NCBI RefSeq assembly: GCF_001618065.1
Contig: NZ_LAEI01000041.1
Location: 54,381 to 86,380, forward strand
Direction: 5' to 3'
DNA from: Neisseria flavescens
Lineage (GTDB): Bacteria; Pseudomonadota; Gammaproteobacteria; Burkholderiales; Neisseriaceae
DNA length: 32,000 bases
In this document: positions 25,479 through 32,000 of the stretch, piece by piece
How the letters are laid out: each line of letters starts with the position of its first letter
Position numbering within the stretch: the stretch's first letter is position 1
The notes under the pieces: generated by a model
Database searches by the model: none
Seen by the model: only the letters and a program-made list of their open reading frames with translations
What the model was told of the DNA's origin: nothing
Program-made: the position numbers and the translations under genes

Positions 25479-27734
25479 ATGGGACAGTACAAGAAGCTTT
25501 GGTACTTGCTGTTTGCCGTACTGGCAGTATGCTTTACCATTCTTGGTTATATGGGTAGCGAAGTCTATAAAAAGGCTCCGCCATACCCTGAACAAGTCGT
25601 TTCTGCATCCGGCAAAGTCCTGATGACCAAAGACGATATTTTGGCAGGTCAATCTGCATGGCAAACTACCGGCGGTATGGAAGTCGGCTCTGTATTGGGT
25701 CACGGTGCATACCAAGCTCCGGACTGGACTGCCGACTGGCTGCACCGCGAGCTGGTTGCATGGTTGGATCTGACTGCACAAGAAACTTACGGCAAAAAAT
25801 TTGACGAAGTTTCTCCTGAGGAACAAGCTGTTCTGAAAACCCGTTTGGCTGACGAATACCGCAACCAAAGCCGTATTAAGGAAGACGGTTCTGTCGTTAT
25901 CAGCGATACCCGCGTGAAAGCGATCGAAAGTATTCTGCCTTACTATCACGGTGTGTACAGCGACGATCCTAAGTTCCAAACTACTCGCGAACACTTTGCA
26001 ATGAAAAACAACACATTGCCAAGCCAAGAAGCGCGTGAAAAACTGTTCAACTTCTTCTTCTGGACTTCTTGGTCTGCTTCGGCCAACCGTCCTGACGAGA
26101 ACTTCACTTACACCAACAACTGGCCGCACGAGCCTTTGATCAACAACGTACCGACTACTGAAAACTACATGTGGTCCTTCACCAGCGTGGTATTGTTGCT
26201 GATGGGTATCGGCTTGCTGATGTGGGGTTACTCTTTCTTGACCAAACACGAAGAGGTTGAAGTACCTACTGAGGATCCTATTTCCAAAGTACAACTGACT
26301 CCTTCTCAAAAAGCGTTGGGCAAATATGTATTCCTGACTGTTGCGTTGTTTGTCGTACAAGTACTGTTGGGTGGTTTGACCGCTCACTATACTGTCGAAG
26401 GTCAAGGCTTCTACGGTATCGATACTGCCTTGGGCTTTGAAATGGCCGACTGGTTCCCATATGCGCTGACCCGTACTTGGCACATCCAATCCGCTATTTT
26501 CTGGATTGCAACCGGCTTCCTGACAGCAGGTCTGTTCTTGGCTCCGATTGTGAACGGCGGTAAAGATCCTAAATTCCAACGTGCCGGTGTGAACTTCCTG
26601 TACATCGCCCTGTTCATCGTAGTCGGCGGTTCTTATGCAGGTAACTTCTTTGCTTTGACCCACATCATTCCGCCTGAGCTGAACTTCTGGTTCGGTCACC
26701 AAGGTTACGAATACTTGGATTTGGGTCGCTTCTGGCAACTTCTGCTGATGGTCGGCTTGCTGTTGTGGCTGTTCCTGATGTTGCGTTGCACCATTTCTGC
26801 CTTTAAAGAAAAAGGTACAGACAAAAACCTGTTGGCTATCTTTGTAGCTTCTATGGTTGGTGTGGGTGTGTTCTACGCTCCTGGCCTGTTCTACGGTGAG
26901 AAATCTCCAATCGCTGTGATGGAATACTGGCGTTGGTGGGTGGTTCACCTGTGGGTAGAAGGCTTCTTCGAAGTGTTCGCTACTGCTGCCTTCGCATTCA
27001 TCTTCTACAACATGGGCTTTGTCCGCCGTAGTACTGCCACTGCTTCTACTTTGGCTGCTGCTGCCATCTTCATGTTGGGTGGTATTCCAGGTACATTGCA
27101 CCACTTGTACTTCTCTGGCTCTACCTCTGCCTCTATGGCAATCGGTGCATGTTTCTCCGCTTTGGAAGTTGTACCTTTGATTCTGCTGGGTCGTGAAGCT
27201 TACGAACATTGGTCTTACCAACACCTGTCCGACTGGGCGAAACGTCTGCGTTGGCCTCTGATGTGCTTCGTAGCAGTTGCCTTCTGGAACATGATCGGTG
27301 CCGGCGTATTCGGCTTCCTGATTAACCCGCCGATTTCCCTGTTCTACATCCAAGGTCTGAACACTACTGCAGTTCACGCTCACGCGGCTCTGTTCGGTGT
27401 GTACGGTTTCTTGGCTCTAGGCTTCGTATTGCTGGTTGCACGTTACCTGAAACCTAATGCTCAATTTGACGACAAACTGATGACTTGGGGCTTCTGGCTG
27501 CTGAACGGCGGTCTGGTGGGTATGATTGCCATCAGCCTGTTGCCGGTCGGCGTGATTCAAGCTTACGCTTCTATCACTCATGGTCTGTGGTATGCACGTA
27601 GCGAAGAATTCCTGCAAATGGAAATTTTGGATACCCTGCGTTGGGTTCGTACCGCTGCTGACTTGATCTTCATCGGTGGTGCTGTCTGCGTTGCTATCCA
27701 AGCTACCAAAATCGTATTCAGCCGCGATAAATAA
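25479..27734 (+). CDS. norB: Quinol-dependent nitric oxide reductase (qNOR) NorB
   Basis: 751 aa. N-terminal extension plus a 12-TM heme-copper-oxidase-like core with conserved His ligands. RBS aaggag. Confidence 0.95.
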   Translation: MGQYKKLWYLLFAVLAVCFTILGYMGSEVYKKAPPYPEQVVSASGKVLMTKDDILAGQSAWQTTGGMEVGSVLGHGAYQAPDWTADWLHRELVAWLDLTAQETYGKKFDEVSPEEQAVLKTRLADEYRNQSRIKEDGSVVISDTRVKAIESILPYYHGVYSDDPKFQTTREHFAMKNNTLPSQEAREKLFNFFFWTSWSASANRPDENFTYTNNWPHEPLINNVPTTENYMWSFTSVVLLLMGIGLLMWGYSFLTKHEEVEVPTEDPISKVQLTPSQKALGKYVFLTVALFVVQVLLGGLTAHYTVEGQGFYGIDTALGFEMADWFPYALTRTWHIQSAIFWIATGFLTAGLFLAPIVNGGKDPKFQRAGVNFLYIALFIVVGGSYAGNFFALTHIIPPELNFWFGHQGYEYLDLGRFWQLLLMVGLLLWLFLMLRCTISAFKEKGTDKNLLAIFVASMVGVGVFYAPGLFYGEKSPIAVMEYWRWWVVHLWVEGFFEVFATAAFAFIFYNMGFVRRSTATASTLAAAAIFMLGGIPGTLHHLYFSGSTSASMAIGACFSALEVVPLILLGREAYEHWSYQHLSDWAKRLRWPLMCFVAVAFWNMIGAGVFGFLINPPISLFYIQGLNTTAVHAHAALFGVYGFLALGFVLLVARYLKPNAQFDDKLMTWGFWLLNGGLVGMIAISLLPVGVIQAYASITHGLWYARSEEFLQMEILDTLRWVRTAADLIFIGGAVCVAIQATKIVFSRDK

Positions 27735-27754
27735 TCTTAAGCTGAATTAAATCG

Positions 27755-27786
27755 AAGGCCGTCTGAAAAGTTTTCAGACGGCCTTT
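27755..27786. terminator. DUS inverted-repeat hairpin terminator after norB
   Basis: aaGGCCGTCTGAAaa-g-ttTTCAGACGGCCtt. Confidence 0.65.
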
Positions 27787-27829
27787 CTGTTATAATTTCA
27801 ATATTCTTAAATCGACAAGACAAAACATT

Positions 27830-28729
27830 ATGTTTAACCAAGCTGCTCAAGAGCTGACCACTGTTCGCGATTTATTGCGTTTCGCCGTCAGCCGTTTTAA
27901 TGATGCCGGACTGTTTTTCGGACACGGAAGCGATAATGCCCATGATGAGGCAGCCTATCTGATTTTGCACACTTTGAATCTGCCTTTGGATACGTTGGAG
28001 CCTTATTTGGATGCCAAATTGTTGCAAAGTGAGAAGGAAGAGGTATTGTCCATTCTCGAACGCCGCGCAGTGGAGCATATTCCTGCCGCGTATCTGACAC
28101 ATCAAGCATGGCAGGGCGAGTTTGATTTTTATGTCGATGAACGTGTCATCGTGCCTCGTTCTTTTATTTATGAATTGCTTGGCGACGGTATTCGTCCTTG
28201 GATTGAACACGATGAGTTGGTGCATCGTGCTTTGGATTTGTGTACCGGTAGCGGCTGTTTGGCCATTCAAATGGCGCATCACTATCCCGATGCACAAATC
28301 GATGCCGTTGATTTGAGCTTGGATGCGCTGGAAGTGGCTGCGATCAATATCGAAGATTATGGCTTGGAAGACCGTATCAGCTTGGTGCATACCGATTTGT
28401 TCGAAGGTTTGGATGAAACCTACGACTTGATTGTTTCCAATCCGCCTTATGTTGACGCGGAATCTGTGGAAGCGTTGCCTGATGAATACCTGCATGAGCC
28501 GGAATTGGCTTTGGGCAGTGGCGAAGATGGTTTGGACGCTACACGTCAAATCATTCTGCAAGCGGCGAAATATTTGAATCCGAAAGGTGTATTGTTGGTT
28601 GAAATCGGTCACAACCGTGACGTATTGGAAGCGGCTTATCCAGAATTACCGTTTACTTGGTTAGAAACCAGCGGTGGCGATGGGTTTGTATTCTTGTTGA
28701 CCCGTGAGCAATTATTGGGTGAAGAGTAG
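27830..28729 (+). CDS. prmB: 50S ribosomal protein L3 glutamine N5-methyltransferase PrmB
   Basis: NPPY motif (VSNPPYV) and SAM motif LDLCTGSGC. The N-terminal region (GHGSDNAHDEAAYLILH) resembles PrmB rather than PrmC. Confidence 0.85.
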   Translation: MFNQAAQELTTVRDLLRFAVSRFNDAGLFFGHGSDNAHDEAAYLILHTLNLPLDTLEPYLDAKLLQSEKEEVLSILERRAVEHIPAAYLTHQAWQGEFDFYVDERVIVPRSFIYELLGDGIRPWIEHDELVHRALDLCTGSGCLAIQMAHHYPDAQIDAVDLSLDALEVAAINIEDYGLEDRISLVHTDLFEGLDETYDLIVSNPPYVDAESVEALPDEYLHEPELALGSGEDGLDATRQIILQAAKYLNPKGVLLVEIGHNRDVLEAAYPELPFTWLETSGGDGFVFLLTREQLLGEE

Positions 28730-28750
28730 TTTATTTTGATATGAATAAAA

Positions 28751-28785
28751 CAAAGGCCGTCTGAAAATTTTTCAGACGGCCTTTG
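28751..28785. terminator. DUS inverted-repeat hairpin terminator after prmB
   Basis: caaaGGCCGTCTGAAaa / ttTTCAGACGGCCtttg. Confidence 0.65.
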
Positions 28786-28954
28786 TTCTGTATAATTTTT
28801 AATGTTTTAAGAAAATACAAATGCCTATAGAATGCCGAATATGAAATCCAAGCAGGCTTTGAAACTATAGCTTATAATATTCGTCATAGTTTCTAATGTC
28901 AGTGAATTTTTATTACTGACTTTTTGTAGAACATATACTGCCAAACGCCATATT

Positions 28955-29692
28955 ATGAATAATTATTTAAAATCAGGCCTGTTGGCCGCTGCCTTGTTCA
29001 GTATGCCCGTTGCCGCCTTTGCCCAGCAACATACCGTTTATTTCAATCAAAACGGTAAACTGACGGCGACCATGCCTTCGGTTGCTTATGTCCGCCAATA
29101 TAAGATTGAGGCAGGCAAGGCGCAGGTGCAGGATTTTTACTATCCATCGATGAAAAAATATTCTGATCCGTACGAGATACCTGCTGGTCAGATTAAGGTT
29201 TTTGTGCCGGCTCTGGATAACGGTACGCTGACTCTGTGGCATTTTAACGGGCAGAAAAAGATGGTTGGCAGCTATCGCAACGGCAAACCGCATGGTGAAT
29301 GGGTCAACTGGTATCCAAACGGCAAAAAATCTGCGGTAATGCCTTATCAAAATGGCTTGAGTGAGGGCGTGGGTTCACGCTATTACCGAAATGGCGTGAA
29401 AGAAAGCGAAATTCAGTTTAAGCACGATAAAGCCAATGGTCATTGGAAACAATGGTATTCAGACGGCAGCCCGAAAACCGAAATGATGATGAGCAATGAC
29501 AAACCGACGGAGATCATCAGTTGGGATGAAAATGGCCGCATCGTGTCTGAATTGAGTATTCGCAACGGTAAACGTAGCGGCATTATTTTGGATTGGTACG
29601 ATGATGGTGCGAAGAAATCCGAGTTAGTTTATAAAGACGACCAGTTGGTGAAAAAAACTTTCTGGGATACGGACGGATACGTCCTTGAATAA
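28955..29692 (+). CDS. Secreted MORN-variant repeat protein (YwqK-family repeats)
   Basis: SPase I signal peptide (..PVAAFA-QQ). Tandem repeats of about 23 aa of the type G.W..WY.NG.K. No obvious RBS. Confidence 0.7.
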   Translation: MNNYLKSGLLAAALFSMPVAAFAQQHTVYFNQNGKLTATMPSVAYVRQYKIEAGKAQVQDFYYPSMKKYSDPYEIPAGQIKVFVPALDNGTLTLWHFNGQKKMVGSYRNGKPHGEWVNWYPNGKKSAVMPYQNGLSEGVGSRYYRNGVKESEIQFKHDKANGHWKQWYSDGSPKTEMMMSNDKPTEIISWDENGRIVSELSIRNGKRSGIILDWYDDGAKKSELVYKDDQLVKKTFWDTDGYVLE

Positions 29693-29702
29693 TTTTGATC
29701 AT

Positions 29703-29737
29703 AAAAAACCGCAGGCTGATCAGCTTGCGGTTTTTTT
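29703..29737. terminator. Bidirectional rho-independent terminator between the MORN gene and apt
   Basis: A6 run, then stem ccgcaggctga / tcagcttgcgg (one G.U pair), then T7 run. Confidence 0.8.
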
Positions 29738-29738
29738 A

Positions 29739-30299
29739 TTACATACAGCCTTTGTTTTGGCACAGGGTAAATAATGGCGCGCCGCTTTCACGGATTTTTT
29801 TGCCGCCATCCAAGTCGGTAAATTCCAAAATGGCAGCCGCTTCGATTACTTCACCACCCAGTTTGCGGATAAGCTCGACACCTGCCAGCATTGTGCCGCC
29901 GGTTGCCACTAAATCATCTACCAACAAAACGCGTGCGCCCGGCTTGATGGCGTCGGTATGGATTTCTACCGTTGCTTCGCCATATTCCAAAGCGTAACTT
30001 TGAGAAACCGTATCAAACGGTAGTTTGCCTTTTTTACGGATGGGAACAAAGCCGACATTCAGCTGATAGGCCAAAGCTGCACCAATGATGAAGCCACGCG
30101 CATCCAAGCCTGCAACGACATCAACTTTCTGCCCCATATAGCGGTAAACCAGTAAATCGACCAGCAGGCGGAAATATTCTGCGCTTTGCAAAACGGGAGT
30201 AATGTCATGAAACAAAATCCCTTTTTGCGGCCAGTTTTCAATTTTACGGATTTTGTCCGCTAAAGCTTCTACGCCCATTACTTCAGGATGAATCAACAT
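29739..30299 (-). CDS. apt: Adenine phosphoribosyltransferase
   Basis: PRPP-binding motif [13 protein letters not shown] and overall Apt-like sequence; 186 aa. Confidence 0.93.
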   Translation of the reverse strand: MLIHPEVMGVEALADKIRKIENWPQKGILFHDITPVLQSAEYFRLLVDLLVYRYMGQKVDVVAGLDARGFIIGAALAYQLNVGFVPIRKKGKLPFDTVSQSYALEYGEATVEIHTDAIKPGARVLLVDDLVATGGTMLAGVELIRKLGGEVIEAAAILEFTDLDGGKKIRESGAPLFTLCQNKGCM

Positions 30300-30467
30300 C
30301 TCGACATTCCGAAATCAAAAAGTTTTTAATACGATATTGTAGCGGTCATATGCGGACTTGCCAAATTAATCGATACAATAGCCAAATTTTGTAACATGCC
30401 GTCTGAAATTCCGAGAAACATTGTGTTGTGTTATAATTTACAGATACATACCATCGGCTGAACCACC

Positions 30468-31085
30468 ATGCAAAATCATAAAAAAGGCAATATTTACATC
30501 ATTTCTGCCGCTTCCGGTACAGGTAAAACGACTTTGGTGTCACGTCTGTTGAAAAATCATGACGACATCCGTGTTTCCATTTCTCATACTACGCGTCAGC
30601 CGCGTGAGGGTGAGGCACATGGCGTGCATTACCACTTTGTTCCCAAAGAAGAGTTTGAATCACTAATTGAGCAAAGAGCCTTTTTGGAACACGCCAATGT
30701 GTTCGGCAACTACTACGGCACCAGTATCGCCGGCGTGAATTCCTTGAGCGAAGAGGGCTATGATGTAATTTTGGAAATTGATGTGCAAGGTGCAGCGCAA
30801 GTGCGTAAATCGTTGCCTGAAGCCAGCAGCATTTTCATCCTGCCACCTTCCTTTGAAGTTTTGGCGCAACGTTTGATCGGCCGTGGTACAGACAGCGAAG
30901 AAGTTATTCAAACACGCCTCTCAAAAGCCCGACATGAGATTGAGCAATCCGTTTTGTTCGATTACGTCGTCGTGAATGACGATTTGGATCGTGCCGAAGC
31001 CGATTTGTTCCACATTATTAAAGCAGGCCGTCTGAAAAAATCCTCTCAACAGGGATTTATTTCAAACCTGTTGGAAAATTCGTAA
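30468..31085 (+). CDS. gmk: Guanylate kinase
   Basis: P-loop SAASGTGKTT and the TTRQPREGE guanylate-binding motif; 205 aa. Confidence 0.93.
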   Translation: MQNHKKGNIYIISAASGTGKTTLVSRLLKNHDDIRVSISHTTRQPREGEAHGVHYHFVPKEEFESLIEQRAFLEHANVFGNYYGTSIAGVNSLSEEGYDVILEIDVQGAAQVRKSLPEASSIFILPPSFEVLAQRLIGRGTDSEEVIQTRLSKARHEIEQSVLFDYVVVNDDLDRAEADLFHIIKAGRLKKSSQQGFISNLLENS

Positions 31086-31137
31086 AAAACAGCGAAAATA
31101 ACCGTTTATTTGAAACATAGAAAGAAAGCAAGCAAAC

Positions 31138-31344
31138 ATGGCTCGTATTACTACTGAAGACTGCACAGGTAAAATCCCTAACCACTTCGACCTTACCCTC
31201 GTTGCCGCCCGTCGTGCACGCCAGCTCGAAAACGGCAATACGCCATTGGTTGACGACATCCGCAACAACAAACCAACCGTAACCGCCCTGCGCGAAATCG
31301 CAGCCGGACAAATCGGAACCGAGCTGCTGACCCGCAATAAATAA
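31138..31344 (+). CDS. rpoZ: DNA-directed RNA polymerase omega subunit
   Basis: MARITTEDC...ARRARQL is a typical omega of 68 aa, in the conserved gmk-rpoZ-spoT order. Confidence 0.92.
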   Translation: MARITTEDCTGKIPNHFDLTLVAARRARQLENGNTPLVDDIRNNKPTVTALREIAAGQIGTELLTRNK

Positions 31345-31450
31345 ACCAACCGGCAAACCGATAAAACCGCCGCGCGGACTGTATCGGTGCGATATAACAA
31401 CCGATACAGTCTGACGGCTTAAAAAAATAGCCATAAAAGGCCGTCTGAAA

Positions 31451-32000
31451 ATGCCAGCCCCACTGCCTACCGCCCCCTATGATCCGTTAACAGCAGAAGC
31501 GCGCGAGCTTCTGTTTCGCACCGCATCCTATCTCAATACCAATGAGCAGGCCGAGCTTGAAAGAGCCGTTGCCTACGCTTTCCACGCCCATGACGGACAA
31601 ACCCGTAAAAGCGGCGAACCTTACATCACCCATCCCCTTGCCGTTGCCACGCAGCTTGCGATTTGGCACATGGATGTTCAAGGCCTCTGTGCAGGCGTTA
31701 TGCACGATGTATTGGAAGATACGGGCGTAACCAAAGTCGAAATGGCGGCAGAATTCGGCGATACCATTGCCGAAATGGTAGACGGCCTCTCCAAACTGGA
31801 AAAGCTCAAATTCGAAGATCATGCCGAGCATCAGGCGGAAAGTTTCCGCAAGCTTATCCTCGCCATGACTAAAGACGTGCGCGTCATCGTCGTCAAACTT
31901 GCCGACCGATTGCACAATATGCGCACCCTTGGCTCTATGCGTCCGGAAAAACGCCGTCGCATCGCCAAAGAAACCCTCGAAATCTATGCTCAAATCGCCA
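31451..32000 (+). CDS. spoT: Bifunctional (p)ppGpp synthetase/hydrolase SpoT/RelA family, 5' part (runs off the window)
   Basis: My own translation from the ATG at 31451: MPAPLPTAPYDPL...AHDGQTRKSGEPYITHPLAVA...MHDVLEDT...DRLHNMRTL (HD hydrolase domain). Not in the ORF track because it has no stop in the window. Confidence 0.88.
   Translation, partial: MPAPLPTAPYDPLTAEARELLFRTASYLNTNEQAELERAVAYAFHAHDGQTRKSGEPYITHPLAVATQLAIWHMDVQGLCAGVMHDVLEDTGVTKVEMAAEFGDTIAEMVDGLSKLEKLKFEDHAEHQAESFRKLILAMTKDVRVIVVKLADRLHNMRTLGSMRPEKRRRIAKETLEIYAQIA

Noticed and set aside
25209-27383. 724-aa stop-free ORF antisense to norB
   Set aside because: It is in the codon-aligned antisense frame: both norB codons and these codons begin at positions divisible by 3. 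It therefore stays open simply because norB avoids the TTA, CTA and TCA codons. The translation is Arg/Gln/Val-rich nonsense, it extends into the AT-rich promoter, and norB itself is unambiguous.
31487-31993. 168-aa minus-strand ORF at the right edge
   Set aside because: It is antisense to the clear spoT/relA HD-domain reading frame, which starts at 31451 and runs off the window.
1-32000. CRISPR arrays, Correia elements (TATAGTGGATTAA-type inverted repeats), IS elements, rRNA/tRNA genes
   Set aside because: None was found on reading either strand. The only recurrent repeats are the DUS and the prfA 3' duplication.

Overview
This is a Neisseria-type chromosome segment. By eye I count about 39 exact copies of the 10-mer DNA uptake sequence GCCGTCTGAA. 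Most are in the AG-DUS form AGGCCGTCTGAA, and most sit as inverted pairs that double as intergenic terminators. That dialect points to a commensal Neisseria rather than N. meningitidis or N. gonorrhoeae, which mainly use ATGCCGTCTGAA. The window is mostly core housekeeping: clpX, a PBP7-like endopeptidase, an M48 lipoprotein protease, mutY, a Zn alcohol dehydrogenase, trmA, pta, prfA, an NRAMP-fold transporter, tatD, ansA, dedA, ubiD, asmA, rpsO, prmB, apt and gmk-rpoZ-spoT. It also holds the truncated denitrification locus: an FGE/nirV-like gene, aniA and divergent norB. The stand-out is a ~1.8 kb cassette between pta and prfA that is very AT-rich and has no canonical DUS. It carries three genes: an XRE regulator, divergent from a small lipoprotein plus a membrane protein that joins a cold-shock-like barrel to DUF805. 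A diverged ~55-65 bp direct duplication of the prfA 3' end brackets it, and no recombinase gene is present. This is the best candidate for an uncharacterised accessory system, but its function cannot be read from the sequence. Smaller points of interest:
- a DMP19-like acidic protein
- an NRAMP-fold transporter lacking the canonical TM1 metal ligands
- DUS dialect variants with compensatory arms
- an intragenic DUS hairpin in mutY
- the aniA/norB regulatory region
- two small low-GC islets
I saw no rRNA, tRNA, CRISPR array, transposase or integrase. All coordinates and motif calls come from reading the sequence by hand. No database search was run.
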